A stretch of 64,000 nucleotides of DNA, taken from contig JALCMP010000005.1 of the NCBI GenBank assembly GCA_022648545.1, forward strand, positions 11,738 through 75,737, given 5' to 3'. A program made the translations under genes and the position numbers. This document shows, piece by piece, positions 7,352-18,029 of this stretch. Positions within the stretch are counted from its first letter, which is position 1. Every line of letters begins with the position of its first letter. This stretch comes from Bacteroidales bacterium. GTDB lineage: Bacteria; Bacteroidota; Bacteroidia; Bacteroidales; UBA932. The notes beneath the pieces are model-generated. The model saw nothing but the letters and a program-made list of their open reading frames with translations, ran no database searches and was not told the origin of the DNA.

Positions 7352-9643
7352 TTATTTGCGTTTGCTCCTTCCGCGGGTAGTTTTTCTGTCGGAAATCTTT
7401 CCCCTTCCAGCATTTTTCGACGACGGAGCATTATAAGAATCGTCCCATACAAGCGTAAAATCTATTATTTTTTGCTCGAGATTTGTTCTGGCCACCTTAA
7501 TCTTAACCTTGTCCCCCAATGTAAAGACCTGATGAGTGGATTTCCCAGTTACGCAATAATTATCCTTATCGAATTCAAAATAATCCTCCTGAATATCCCG
7601 GAGCATAACCATCCCTTCGACTTTGGTCGGCTCTATTTCAACATAGATTCCCCACTCGGTAACAGAAGAAATGGTTCCGTCGAAAATCTGACCTACCTTA
7701 TCCTGCATAAATTCGGCCATCTTGTATTTTATACTGGAACGTTCGGCTTCGGTTGCCACCTGTTCCCTGTCCGAACATCGTTTGCAAAGATCTTCGTATT
7801 TCTGCTTGTTTACAGACTTTCCGTTCTCCAGATAATGAGCAAGAAGTCTGTGGACCATCGTATCGGGATACCTTCTTATGGGCGAAGTAAAATGCGTATA
7901 AAAATCGAACCCCAGACCGTAATGTCCTACATTATCAGTAGAATAATGCGCCCTGGCCATGGAACGCAGAGCCAGAATCTCTATGGCTCCGCATTCCGGC
8001 TTTTCCTTAACTTTGGACAAAAGACCGTTAAGTTCGAATGCCGTTTGCCTGCCGTTTTTGGTAGGCCCCATAGTATAGCCGAAATGTTTTACGAACTGGC
8101 GCAGATTTTCAATTTTGTCCACATCCGGTTCGTCATGCACCCTGTAAACGAAAGTAGGGCTTTTCTGTTTCATTTCCTTTGTAACGAAAGTTGCTACGCC
8201 CCTATTTGCCAAAAGCATGAAATCTTCAATAAGCCAGTTTGCTTCCCTTGAGATTTTTTGTTTTACATCAATCGGACGCCCCTCCTTATCAACGATAACC
8301 TTCATCTCCGGTCTTTCGAAGCTTATTGCACCGTTTCCAAAACGTCTTTTACGTAAAATCGATGATAATTTATATAATTGTATTACGGCTTCCTTAACAA
8401 CCTTGTCGGAAGCAGGTTTGATTTCCGATTTACTTTCGGCTATCTTCCTTGCCTTTTCATCAAGTGCATCAAGAGATTCCCTGTTGGCTTTCACCATATC
8501 TTCCTTAACTTTATCCAGCTCCTCTTCAGTAACAGCAAAATCGGCAAGACCTGCATCCCTCAGCATATATTGAACCTGTTCATATGCGAATCTCCTGTCG
8601 CTCCTGATAATAGTGCGACCAAACCATTTACCAAGGACGTTTGCCTTGTCGTCAAGTTCGAATACCGCCGAAAACGTAAGCTTGTCCTCTTCAGGTCTTA
8701 GAGAACAAAGATTATTGGACAATACTTCCGGCAACATGGGAACAGTCCTGTCCACCAGATAAACGGAAGTTCCTCTTTCCACGGCTTCCTTATCAAGGAT
8801 ATCGCCGGGATGCACATAGTGTGAAACGTCCGCTATATGTATTCCGACTTCATAATTGCCATTATCCAGTTTTCTGTACGAAAGTGCGTCGTCGAAATCT
8901 TTTGCATCCGACGGATCCACGGTAAACGTACATATATTGCGGAAATCCCTTCTTTCTTTTATATCCTGTTCCGTAATAGCCACAGGAATTGATGCGGCTG
9001 CTTTTTCCACCTTGTCATCGAACTTGTACGGCAGGCAGTACTGTGCCAATATGGCATGCATCTCGGTATTGTTTTCCCCCGGCTTGCCAAGAACATCAAG
9101 CAATTTCCCCTGAGGAGCTTCGGTTCCCTTTGGCCACCCCTCAACATACACGGCAACTTTTTGACCCTGATATTCCGGTTTCACCTGGTCCATGGAAACA
9201 CTAACGTCATATGGCATTTTATTGCTTTCTATGATAACCCAGGCCTTGTCTCCCATTATCTGCAGGATTCCTACGTACGGAGAACTGGAACGCTCCAGAA
9301 CAGAAACGATCTCGCCTTCCATACTGTGTCCTTCATCCTTGTTTTTGGTTATGGCAACATGCACGGTATCTCCGTTCAGCGCCCCCCTCATCTTCTTTGC
9401 CGGAACAAAAATATCATCCTCGCATTCGGGAACAATAATAAAGGCAAATCCGGAACGCGTCATAGAAACAGTTCCGTCAACTTCTTTCAGAATTTTAGGT
9501 TTTCCCTTCTTTCTGATTCCCCTGGAATTGCTTTTTGGACGGAATCCTTTTTCCAACAGACCGCTATCGGCCGTCGGGTTGTCAGATGCATTTTTCTTTC
9601 CTGAAAAATTTTTTCTGCGGGACTGATTTCTATTTCTACTCAT
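7352..9643 (-). CDS. rnr: Ribonuclease R (3'-5' exoribonuclease)
   Basis: RNB-domain motifs (TVDPSDAKDFDDALS, SPIRRYPD), a C-terminal S1 domain (GTISSVTEWGIYVEI) and basic Lys/Arg-rich tails. I chose the ATG at 9643 (MSRNRNQSRRKN...). The longer ORF-track N-terminus would overlap the gpmI promoter and start region. Confidence 0.9.
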   Translation of the reverse strand: MSRNRNQSRRKNFSGKKNASDNPTADSGLLEKGFRPKSNSRGIRKKGKPKILKEVDGTVSMTRSGFAFIIVPECEDDIFVPAKKMRGALNGDTVHVAITKNKDEGHSMEGEIVSVLERSSSPYVGILQIMGDKAWVIIESNKMPYDVSVSMDQVKPEYQGQKVAVYVEGWPKGTEAPQGKLLDVLGKPGENNTEMHAILAQYCLPYKFDDKVEKAAASIPVAITEQDIKERRDFRNICTFTVDPSDAKDFDDALSYRKLDNGNYEVGIHIADVSHYVHPGDILDKEAVERGTSVYLVDRTVPMLPEVLSNNLCSLRPEEDKLTFSAVFELDDKANVLGKWFGRTIIRSDRRFAYEQVQYMLRDAGLADFAVTEEELDKVKEDMVKANRESLDALDEKARKIAESKSEIKPASDKVVKEAVIQLYKLSSILRKRRFGNGAISFERPEMKVIVDKEGRPIDVKQKISREANWLIEDFMLLANRGVATFVTKEMKQKSPTFVYRVHDEPDVDKIENLRQFVKHFGYTMGPTKNGRQTAFELNGLLSKVKEKPECGAIEILALRSMARAHYSTDNVGHYGLGFDFYTHFTSPIRRYPDTMVHRLLAHYLENGKSVNKQKYEDLCKRCSDREQVATEAERSSIKYKMAEFMQDKVGQIFDGTISSVTEWGIYVEIEPTKVEGMVMLRDIQEDYFEFDKDNYCVTGKSTHQVFTLGDKVKIKVARTNLEQKIIDFTLVWDDSYNAPSSKNAGRGKISDRKTTRGRSKRK

Positions 9644-9726
9644 AGATATATTGATTAACTTTGTGGATGTGTCAAAACCTTTCTGAAGGTTTATTTTAAA
9701 TGATAAGACAAAAATAATCAATAAAT

Positions 9727-11247
9727 ATGGATAAAAAAGTACTTTTAATGATTCTCGACGGATGGGGGATCGGAAACAGCGATAAAACCAATGCAATTTA
9801 CATGGCCGGACAACCTAATATTGACGCATTGAAAGCAAAATATCCGAATTCACAGCTGCTTGCATGCGGCGAAAACGTAGGATTGCCTGACGGACAAATG
9901 GGAAATTCCGAAGTCGGCCATATGAATATAGGAGCCGGAAGGATAGTTTATCAGGATCTTGTAAAGATAAACAAAGCATGCAAAGAACACAGGCTGCTTG
10001 AAAACAATGAAATAAAGGCCTTTTACGATCACACTAAGAAAAGCGGCGGGGCCCTGCATTTCATGGGATTGTTCTCCAACGGCGGCGTACACAGCTCCAT
10101 CGATCACCTTTTCGCTTTCCTTGATACGGCAAAAGAATATGGTCTGGAAAAAGTTTTCATACACTGCTTCATGGATGGAAGAGATACCGACCCTAAAAGC
10201 GGAAAAGGATTCATCAAACAACTGGAAGAACATACCAGGAAAAGCACAGGCCGCATAGCTTCCGTCGTGGGAAGATTTTATGCTATGGACCGAGACAAAA
10301 GATGGGACAGGATAAAGGAAGCATATGATCTTTTGGTTTCCGGCAAGGGAAGAAAAGCCATGGATGCCGCAGAAGCGGTAGAAGAATCCTACAGGGAAGG
10401 GATCACGGACGAATTTATAAAGCCAATCACCATCGTAAACAAAGAAGGACAGTCCGAAGGCACTATAAAGGAAGGCGATACAGTAGTCTTTTTCAATTTC
10501 AGGAACGACAGGGCGCGCGAACTCACCGAAGTCCTCACCCAGCACGACATGCCTGACTATGATATGAAAACGCTGCCTCTCTATTATTGCTGCCTTACCC
10601 CATACGACGACAAATTCACGGGAGTGCATATCCTCTTCGACAAGGAAAACATACGTGAGACACTTGGGGAAACGGTAGCCAAAGCCGGAAAGCATCAGCT
10701 CAGGATAGCAGAAACGGAAAAATACGCACATGTGACGTTCTTTTTCTCCGGCGGCAGGGAAAAACCTTTCCAGAACGAAGACAGGATCCTCGTACATTCG
10801 CCTAAGGTGGCCACCTATGACCTCCAGCCTGAAATGAGTGCTCCCGAAGTCGCACGCAAATTAACGGAAGCTCTCGACTCTCAAAATGAAGATATGGTAA
10901 TCCTTAATTTTGCGAACGGAGACATGGTGGGACATACCGGAATATTTTCAGCAATAGAAAAAGCTGTAAAAACCATAGACGGACTTGTGAAAGAGGTAGT
11001 CGAATGTGCACGCAGGAACGGTTATACCGTACTTATAACGGCTGATCATGGAAATGCCGACCATGCAATAAACGACGACGGAACACCCAATACGGCCCAC
11101 TCGCTTAATCCGGTTCCGTTCATAGTTGTCGACGACGACATTAAAAACGTAAAGAACGGAATACTTGCCGACATAGCACCTACCATCCTGAAACTAATGG
11201 GCATACAGCAGCCTGCCGCAATGACCGGAAAATCACTTATCGACTAA
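9727..11247 (+). CDS. gpmI: 2,3-bisphosphoglycerate-independent phosphoglycerate mutase
   Basis: [22 protein letters not shown] (catalytic Ser region), ADHGNA, and a length of about 506 aa. Confidence 0.95.
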   Translation: MDKKVLLMILDGWGIGNSDKTNAIYMAGQPNIDALKAKYPNSQLLACGENVGLPDGQMGNSEVGHMNIGAGRIVYQDLVKINKACKEHRLLENNEIKAFYDHTKKSGGALHFMGLFSNGGVHSSIDHLFAFLDTAKEYGLEKVFIHCFMDGRDTDPKSGKGFIKQLEEHTRKSTGRIASVVGRFYAMDRDKRWDRIKEAYDLLVSGKGRKAMDAAEAVEESYREGITDEFIKPITIVNKEGQSEGTIKEGDTVVFFNFRNDRARELTEVLTQHDMPDYDMKTLPLYYCCLTPYDDKFTGVHILFDKENIRETLGETVAKAGKHQLRIAETEKYAHVTFFFSGGREKPFQNEDRILVHSPKVATYDLQPEMSAPEVARKLTEALDSQNEDMVILNFANGDMVGHTGIFSAIEKAVKTIDGLVKEVVECARRNGYTVLITADHGNADHAINDDGTPNTAHSLNPVPFIVVDDDIKNVKNGILADIAPTILKLMGIQQPAAMTGKSLID

Positions 11248-11268
11248 TTAAAACATACTTGTAAAAAA

Positions 11269-14200
11269 ATGTCTTTCGTCCATCTTCACGTACATACATA
11301 CTATTCCATCCTCGACGGTGCCTCCTCTATTGATTCGCACTTTAAAAAAGCCATGGAAGACAAGCAGCCCGCCCTTGCCATAACCGATCACGGCAACATG
11401 TACGGCGTAAAGGATTTTTTTAAAGTCGCCAAGAAGTATCCTGCCATAAAACCCATAATAGGATGCGAAGTTTACGTAAATCCCGAGGGCCGTTTTTCAA
11501 AAAGAGGAAAAGAAGACCAGGGAGCCAACCACCTTATTCTTCTCGCCAGGAACCTCAACGGCTATTACAATCTGGTCAAACTCGTATCCCGCGGATTTAC
11601 AGAAGGATTCTACTATAAGCCCAAAATAGACAGGGAGTTGCTGACGCAATACCACGAAAACCTAATATGTTCGTCAGCCTGCCTTGCGGGGGAAATACCG
11701 CAAAAACTTCTGAACAACGATTACGAAGGAGCAAAAGAATCGGCAAAATGGTTCAAGGATCTTTTCGGAGAAGACTATTATCTGGAAGTAATGCTCCACC
11801 GGACCGAAGTCCCTGGACAAAGCCTCGAAGTTGCCGAAGCTCAGGAAAAAGTTAACGAAGGCATATTCAAGCTGGCGGCGGAACTGGACATAAAGGTAAT
11901 AGCCACCAACGACGTACACTTTACAAGAAAAGAAGACGGTTCCGCACACGACAGGCTAATCTGTCTTACGACGAATACGGCGATAAACGACCCAAAAAGA
12001 TTAAGATACACCCGGCAGGAATATCTTAAGACGGAAGAAGAGATGAGGGCTCTGTTCCCGGAACATCCCGAAACAATAGAAAACACGCTAGAAATAGCTT
12101 CAAAAATAGAGCGCTACACCATAGACCGCGATCACATCCTGCCCGTCTTCGACCTGCCGGACGGATTTACGGATTCTAATGAATACCTTAAATATCTGAC
12201 ATATGAAGGTGCGAAGAAAAGATACAGGGAAATAACCCCAAAGATAAAAGAAAGGATCGACTACGAACTTTCCACTATAAAGAACATGGGATTCCCGGAC
12301 TACTTTCTTATAGTTCAGGATTTCATTATGGCCGCACGCAACATGGGGGTTCTGGTAGGCCCCGGAAGAGGTTCTGCGGCAGGTTCGGTAGTAGCTTATT
12401 GCCTTACGATAACCAGTATAGACCCTTTAAAATACGATCTTCTGTTCGAACGTTTTCTTAACCCGGAACGTATTTCAATGCCTGATATAGATACCGACTT
12501 CGACGACGAGGGAAGGGCGAAGGTCTTTCAGTATGTACAGCGAAAATACGGAGCAGACCACGTCGCCCACGTAGTTACATTCGGCACTATGGCGGCAAAG
12601 AGCGCAATAAAGGACATAGCCAGAATAGAAGAAGTTCCTCTTGCCGAATCTGACAAACTTACCAGCCTCATACCCGACAGATTCCCTTCGGAAAAGAGAA
12701 AGAAAAAAGGGCCGAACGGAGAAGATATAGAAGAAGAATTCACCCCCAAGGTGACCATCCCCAACTGCCTCGAACGTGTCCCCGAATTAAAGGAAGCGTA
12801 TGATAACTCTCCTATCCCTAATGTCAGCGAGACTCTCCACTTTGCAGAAAAGCTGGAAGGGACCATTAGAAACACGGGAGTCCACGCATGCGCCGTAATT
12901 ATAGGACGCGACAATCTGTCCGAGTTCATTCCGATATGCATAGCCAAGGACAAGGAGACCAAGGAAGACATGTGGGTCTCTCAATACGAAGGAAGTTTCA
13001 TTGAGGACGTGGGAATGCTGAAGATGGACTTTCTGGGACTTAAGACGCTCTCCATTTTCAAGGAAGCTCTCGGCAACATAAAAAGGCATACCGGAAAAAG
13101 CCTCGACCTGGACAAGATTCCGATAGACGACAAAAAAACTTATGCATTATTCAGCCGGGGAGATACCGTAGGAACCTTCCAGTTCGAATCCGACGGAATG
13201 AAAAAATGGCTCAGAGAATTGAAACCCAACAGATTCGAAGACCTCATAGCCATGAACGCACTTTACCGTCCGGGTCCCATGAGCTACATCCCGGAATTCG
13301 TAGCAAGAAAAAACGGCAAGAAGCCCATTGTCTGCGATCTTCCCGACATGGAAGACATCCTTTCAGACACATACGGCATAACCGTCTATCAGGAACAGGT
13401 GATGCTTATTTCCCAAAAACTGGCAGGCTTTACCGGAGGCCAGGCTGACGGCCTGAGAAAAGCCATGGGAAAGAAGAAGATAGACAAGATGATGGAGCTG
13501 AAGGAAAAATTCATGGCCGGAGGCACCAAAAACGGACATCCCAAAGAGACGCTGGAAAAGATATGGAAAGACTGGACGGCCTTCGCCTCATACGCATTCA
13601 ATAAATCCCATGCTACATGTTATGCCTGGGTAGGATATCAAACTGCATATCTAAAAGCAAACTATCCTGCCGAATTCATGGCGGCCAACCTAACCAACAG
13701 CATAAACAACATATCGGACATTACAAAGTTCATGGACGAATGCAAGAAGATGGGCATTTCAGTCCTCGGACCCGATATTAACGAGAGCGACAGAACATTC
13801 ACGGTAAATAAAAAAGGCAATATAAGGTTCGGCATGGCCGGGATAAAAGGCGTGGGCAATGCCATAGTGGACAACATAGTAGAAGGCCGTCAGGATGAAC
13901 CGTACAAGAATATCTTCGATTTCGTAGAACGCATGTCAAAAGCCGGAAATTCTATAAACAGAAACGTAATGGAATCCCTTGCCTATGCCGGAGCCTTCGA
14001 TTCCTTTTCCGAAATAAGGAGGGAACAATTCTTTTCCGCCAATTCCAAGGGAGAAATTTTCATAGAAGCCCTGTGCACTTACGGCTCCCGCATACAAAAC
14101 GATACCCTTAGCCAGGGAAATACATTGTTCGGCGAAGAAGACGAGGCTTTCAAGCCTGTCCCTCCCGAGATCCCCGCACCGCAGGAATACAACGTCCTCG

Positions 14201-14904
14201 AATTCCTCAATAAGGAAAAAGAACTCATAGGAATGTATTTGTCGGCCCATCCGCTCGATACATACAAATTTGAAGTAAACAACTTTGCACAAATGACAGT
14301 ATCCCAGGTACAGGAAGAAATAAAAATCGCTTCAGAAACCCCGGGCTTCAAATCAAAGGAAATATATATTGCCGGACTGGTAAGCTCCGTTTCGAAGAAA
14401 GTATCCCAGAAAAGCGGCAAGCCGTGGATGAAATTTGGTATCGAAGACTATACCAGCACATTATACTTCAGTTTGTTCGGAAAAGACTACGAAACCTTCA
14501 TGTCCTTCGTAGAGGCAGGACAGGCTCTTTTCCTTAAAGTCTGCATACAACCGCGCTATTTCGGAAAACCTGCTTCAGGAAACGAGAAAAAGGAAGCCAA
14601 GGAATGTGAATGCAGGGTAAGACGCATGACCCTTTTGGCCAATACCAAAGACGATTTCATACGATCCTTTACCATAAGTCTTCCGGCCGGCAGAATAAAC
14701 GGAGATATTCGCAGGAATTTAACTTCGCTGCTTAAGAAAAACAAGGGGAACCATACTCTGGAAATTAGGCTGACCGATCATGAAAAAAGGATAGCCGTAG
14801 AGTTTCAGTCAATGAAATACCGTATAGACGTAAATAACGACCTTCTGGAGTATCTTAACGACAACGACATAAAATATACCGTCGACACCAGAATTTCCCT
14901 TTAG
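11269..14904 (+). CDS. dnaE: DNA polymerase III alpha subunit
   Basis: PHP domain FVHLHVHTYYSILDGA, polymerase core GPGRGSAAGSVVAYCL and MPDIDTDF, and FNKSHATCYA. Length is 1211 aa. Confidence 0.95.
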   Translation: MSFVHLHVHTYYSILDGASSIDSHFKKAMEDKQPALAITDHGNMYGVKDFFKVAKKYPAIKPIIGCEVYVNPEGRFSKRGKEDQGANHLILLARNLNGYYNLVKLVSRGFTEGFYYKPKIDRELLTQYHENLICSSACLAGEIPQKLLNNDYEGAKESAKWFKDLFGEDYYLEVMLHRTEVPGQSLEVAEAQEKVNEGIFKLAAELDIKVIATNDVHFTRKEDGSAHDRLICLTTNTAINDPKRLRYTRQEYLKTEEEMRALFPEHPETIENTLEIASKIERYTIDRDHILPVFDLPDGFTDSNEYLKYLTYEGAKKRYREITPKIKERIDYELSTIKNMGFPDYFLIVQDFIMAARNMGVLVGPGRGSAAGSVVAYCLTITSIDPLKYDLLFERFLNPERISMPDIDTDFDDEGRAKVFQYVQRKYGADHVAHVVTFGTMAAKSAIKDIARIEEVPLAESDKLTSLIPDRFPSEKRKKKGPNGEDIEEEFTPKVTIPNCLERVPELKEAYDNSPIPNVSETLHFAEKLEGTIRNTGVHACAVIIGRDNLSEFIPICIAKDKETKEDMWVSQYEGSFIEDVGMLKMDFLGLKTLSIFKEALGNIKRHTGKSLDLDKIPIDDKKTYALFSRGDTVGTFQFESDGMKKWLRELKPNRFEDLIAMNALYRPGPMSYIPEFVARKNGKKPIVCDLPDMEDILSDTYGITVYQEQVMLISQKLAGFTGGQADGLRKAMGKKKIDKMMELKEKFMAGGTKNGHPKETLEKIWKDWTAFASYAFNKSHATCYAWVGYQTAYLKANYPAEFMAANLTNSINNISDITKFMDECKKMGISVLGPDINESDRTFTVNKKGNIRFGMAGIKGVGNAIVDNIVEGRQDEPYKNIFDFVERMSKAGNSINRNVMESLAYAGAFDSFSEIRREQFFSANSKGEIFIEALCTYGSRIQNDTLSQGNTLFGEEDEAFKPVPPEIPAPQEYNVLEFLNKEKELIGMYLSAHPLDTYKFEVNNFAQMTVSQVQEEIKIASETPGFKSKEIYIAGLVSSVSKKVSQKSGKPWMKFGIEDYTSTLYFSLFGKDYETFMSFVEAGQALFLKVCIQPRYFGKPASGNEKKEAKECECRVRRMTLLANTKDDFIRSFTISLPAGRINGDIRRNLTSLLKKNKGNHTLEIRLTDHEKRIAVEFQSMKYRIDVNNDLLEYLNDNDIKYTVDTRISL

Positions 14905-14950
14905 AAGGCCGTTATTTAACATCCCGGCTATGCCGCCGGTTCATATTTAT

Positions 14951-16495
14951 CTACTTTAATTTTTCCAGAAGTCTGGTCATAGAAACTTTTTCCGAGACTA
15001 TATCATGCACCCTTTCGACAGGGATCCTTTCCTGATTCATCGAATCTCTTTCCCTTAAAGTTACAGTATTATCTTCCAGGGTCTGATTATCCACGGTAAC
15101 ACAGAAAGGGGTTCCTATGGCATCCTGACGGCGATATCTCCTTCCGATGCTGTCTTTTTCATCGTATTGTGCATTAAGATCGTACTTGAGGGTATCCATG
15201 ATTTTCTGGGCGACTTCCGGCAGACCGTCCTTTTTCACCAGCGGAAGAACGGCAACCTTTACGGGAGCCAATGCAGGATGGAATTTCATAACCACCCTTT
15301 CTTCGCCGTTATCAACTTTCTCAATCTTATATGCCCCAGACAAAACGGCAAGGACGCTTCTGTCTACGCCTATCGAAGTCTCTATATCATACGGAGTATA
15401 ACTCTCCTTAGTTTCAGGATCATAATACTGTATCTTCTTTCCCGAAAATTCCTGATGTCTGCCAAGGTCATAATCGGTTCTGGAATGTATCCCTTCCAGT
15501 TCCTTAAAGCCGAACGGGAAATTATATTCTATATCGGTTGCGGCATTTGCATAATGGGCCAGCTTCTCATGGTCGTGGAAACGATAGTTCTCTTCTCCCA
15601 GCCCGATAGCCTTATGCCATGCCATTCTTGTCTCCTTCCATTTCGCAAACCACTTCATTTCTTCGCCTGGACGAACAAAGAACTGCATTTCCATCTGTTC
15701 GAATTCCCTCATTCTGAAAATAAACTGTCGGGCTACTATTTCATTCCTGAAAGCTTTGCCTATCTGAGCTATACCGAAAGGGATCTTCATCCTACCGCTC
15801 TTTTGAACGTTGAGAAAATTTACGAAGATCCCCTGTGCAGTTTCCGGACGCAGGTATATGATTCCGCCGTTGTCGTCGGAAGTATTGCTAAGCTGGGTAC
15901 TGAACATAAGATTGAACTGACGTACATCCGTCCAATTCTTCGTCCCCGAGACAGGACAAACGATATCACAATCTATAATAAGCTGTTTAAGGGCAGCCAG
16001 ATCATTGGCATTGAGGGCTTCGTTCATCCTGGTCCTTACGCTTTCCATTTTTTCGGCATTCCTAAGTACATTAGGATTAGTAGCCCGGAATTGGGCTTCA
16101 TCGAAACCTTCCCCGAACTTGCGCTTCCCTTTTTCCACGTCTTTCTGGATCTTGCCTTCCAATTTTGCCAGATAATCCTCAAGAAGGACATCTGCCCTGT
16201 ATCTTTTTTTGGAATCCTTATTATCTATAAGAGGATCGTTAAAGGCATCCACATGGCCGGAAGCCTTCCATATTTTCGGATGCATGAATATACACGAATC
16301 GAGTCCCACTATATTTTCGTGAAGACGTACCATAGCGTCCCACCAATATTTTTTTATATTGTTTTTAAGTTCTACACCAAGCTGTCCGTAATCATATACG
16401 GCAGCCAGGCCGTCGTATATTTCACTGGAAGGAAATATAAAGCCGTACTCCTTGGTATGAGCTATAAGGCTTTTAAAAAGATCGTCGTTTGTCAT
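14951..16495 (-). CDS. glyQS: Glycine--tRNA ligase (homodimeric class II type)
   Basis: YLRPETAQGIF, GIAQIGKAFRNEI, a C-terminal anticodon-binding domain, and 514 aa. The start lies 1 nt after the folK stop. Confidence 0.95.
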   Translation of the reverse strand: MTNDDLFKSLIAHTKEYGFIFPSSEIYDGLAAVYDYGQLGVELKNNIKKYWWDAMVRLHENIVGLDSCIFMHPKIWKASGHVDAFNDPLIDNKDSKKRYRADVLLEDYLAKLEGKIQKDVEKGKRKFGEGFDEAQFRATNPNVLRNAEKMESVRTRMNEALNANDLAALKQLIIDCDIVCPVSGTKNWTDVRQFNLMFSTQLSNTSDDNGGIIYLRPETAQGIFVNFLNVQKSGRMKIPFGIAQIGKAFRNEIVARQFIFRMREFEQMEMQFFVRPGEEMKWFAKWKETRMAWHKAIGLGEENYRFHDHEKLAHYANAATDIEYNFPFGFKELEGIHSRTDYDLGRHQEFSGKKIQYYDPETKESYTPYDIETSIGVDRSVLAVLSGAYKIEKVDNGEERVVMKFHPALAPVKVAVLPLVKKDGLPEVAQKIMDTLKYDLNAQYDEKDSIGRRYRRQDAIGTPFCVTVDNQTLEDNTVTLRERDSMNQERIPVERVHDIVSEKVSMTRLLEKLK

Positions 16496-16496
16496 A

Positions 16497-17066
16497 TCAG
16501 TTATTTTTCAGATTCGTTACAATTTCACGGAATGATTTGCAGGAAACCGGATCGGTAAGGTTTCCGTCGAGTTCACATAAAGGTTCAAGAGCAAAAAGTC
16601 TCTCGTTCAATCTGGGATGCGGAATGGTGAGATCAACGGAATTTATTCTCAAAGGTTCGCGAAACTCCGTACCGTCCGCTTCAACTCTCAATTTTTCAAC
16701 ATAAAGAATATCTATATCTATTTTTCTGGAAGAATATACTCTCTTGCCGTTTTCGTCGAATTTGAGTTCTTCCCCGCATCTTCCCAGAATATTCTCTACA
16801 TTCTTGCAAATACCAAGAACTTCCTCGGGTTCCTTGAAAGATATGGAAGAAAAGGCCATATTAAGAAATTTATCATTAGAAGAAAACCCCCATGGTTCGG
16901 TTTCACGGATTCCGGATACGGATACTTTCTTCCTGTGGTATGAAGAATATTCTCCGCCAGGCAAAATAGCGGAAGTTACATCATAAAATGCATCTTGCAG
17001 CAATTTTCTTCTATCTCCAAGATTGCTCCCCCCAAGAAAATAATACCTGTAAAAATCCGTCCCCAT
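16497..17066 (-). CDS. folK: 2-amino-4-hydroxy-6-hydroxymethyldihydropteridine diphosphokinase (HPPK)
   Basis: YFLGGSNLGDR near the N-terminus and DLTIPHPRLNERLFALEPLCEL near the C-terminus. The ORF-track start at 17096 is TTG. The ATG at 17066 gives a canonical N-terminus and removes the overlap with the upstream gene. Confidence 0.8.
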   Translation of the reverse strand: MGTDFYRYYFLGGSNLGDRRKLLQDAFYDVTSAILPGGEYSSYHRKKVSVSGIRETEPWGFSSNDKFLNMAFSSISFKEPEEVLGICKNVENILGRCGEELKFDENGKRVYSSRKIDIDILYVEKLRVEADGTEFREPLRINSVDLTIPHPRLNERLFALEPLCELDGNLTDPVSCKSFREIVTNLKNN

Positions 17067-17082
17067 ATTATTCAGATCCCTG

Positions 17083-17397
17083 TTATAAAAATCCAAGTTC
17101 GGCCTTCGCCTCTTCGCTCATCATGCTCTTATCCCATGCAGGATCAAAAACAAGAGCTATGGCGGCATCGGTTACTCCGGGAACATCTTTTACGGCGTTA
17201 TTTACCTGTTCTACAAGATCATAAGCAATAGGGCAATTAGGAGCAGTAAGCGTCATCTTTATAAAAGCCTTCTTATTTTCGTCAAGCTTTATTTCGTAAA
17301 TTAGTCCGAGATCATATATATTAACGGATATTTCCGGGTCATACACCTGCTTTAAAGCGGTGATTATATCATTTTTCAAGTCCTCGTCCGTTTTCAT
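17083..17397 (-). CDS. DUF59/MIP18-family Fe-S assembly protein (SufT-like)
   Basis: VYDPEISVNIYDLGLIY and LTAPNCP motifs, 104 aa, and an ATGA overlap with the sufE stop. Confidence 0.8.
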   Translation of the reverse strand: MKTDEDLKNDIITALKQVYDPEISVNIYDLGLIYEIKLDENKKAFIKMTLTAPNCPIAYDLVEQVNNAVKDVPGVTDAAIALVFDPAWDKSMMSEEAKAELGFL

Positions 17398-17858
17398 TTT
17401 TCTCCCTCCTTCTTATTTATTTTTTCTTCTTTTATATCACGCCTCTTTTCAGAAAAAGCAAGAGCATACAATTTTATCTGCTTTATCATGGAAAGCAATC
17501 CGTTAGCCCTTGTAGGCGATAAATTTTCCTTAAGCCCTATTTTATCTATGAAGCCAAGGTCGCTTTTCAAAATATCTTCAGGAGACTGTCCGTTAAAGAC
17601 CCTTATCAAAAGTGAAATTATTCCCTTGGTTATTATAGCATCGCTGTCAGCCGAAAAATACAGCTTCCCATCGCTAATGGTACATGAAAGCCATACCCTA
17701 CTCTGACAGCCGTTTATCAAATTGCCGTCGGTTTTATATCCGTTATCAATAATAGGGAGATTTTTACCGAGGTCTATAAGATATTCGTACTTGTCCATCC
17801 AGTCGGTAAATGCAGAAAATTCTTCGACTATCTCGTTCTCGATATCCTGTATCTTCAT
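17394..17858 (-). CDS. sufE: SufE-family cysteine desulfuration (sulfur acceptor) protein
   Basis: Active-site region NGCQSRVWL, about 154 aa, with an acidic/basic C-terminal tail. Confidence 0.85.
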   Translation of the reverse strand: MKIQDIENEIVEEFSAFTDWMDKYEYLIDLGKNLPIIDNGYKTDGNLINGCQSRVWLSCTISDGKLYFSADSDAIITKGIISLLIRVFNGQSPEDILKSDLGFIDKIGLKENLSPTRANGLLSMIKQIKLYALAFSEKRRDIKEEKINKKEGEK

Positions 17859-17865
17859 AATAAAA

Positions 17866-17892
17866 ATGCAAAACCTTCTTTGGATTTTGCAT
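17866..17892 (-). terminator. Terminator-like hairpin with a U-tract between tRNA-Thr and the sufE start codon
   Basis: The minus strand reads ATGCAAAATCC-AAAGAA-GGTTTTGCAT followed by TTTTTATT and then the sufE ATG. The stem is about 9 bp with one bulge. Confidence 0.4.
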
Positions 17893-17895
17893 CAG

Positions 17896-17968
17896 AGCCT
17901 CGTGGTGGAATCGAACCACCAACCTCATACTTACGAGATATGTGCTCTGCCACTTGAGCTAACGAGGC
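17896..17968 (-). tRNA. tRNA-Thr (anticodon CGU)
   Basis: Hand-folded cloverleaf. Acceptor GCCTCGT/ACGAGGC, D stem GCTC/GAGC, anticodon stem CATAT/GTATG with loop CTCGTAA, T stem GGTGG/CCACC with loop TTCGATT. Length is 73 nt and CCA is not encoded. Confidence 0.9.
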
Positions 17969-18029
17969 ATAAAGTAGCGGCAAATATAATGAAATACTTT
18001 TTATTCTGAAACATTATGCGAATATTCCA

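Noticed and set aside
15167-16558. 463-aa ORF on the plus strand, antisense to glyQS and the longest non-annotated ORF in the window. Similar long antisense ORFs occur opposite rnr (7472-8251), gpmI (9850-10797), frdA (29620-30309), coaX (39369-39953), the yfhO-like gene (52730-53425) and mutS (58582-59268).
   Set aside because: Each lies entirely inside a gene with strong family motifs on the other strand. Their translations are low-complexity, rich in F/I/L/S/R, and carry no recognisable motif. They have no promoter box or plausible start context. This is typical of shadow ORFs generated by codon bias in a stop-poor antisense frame.
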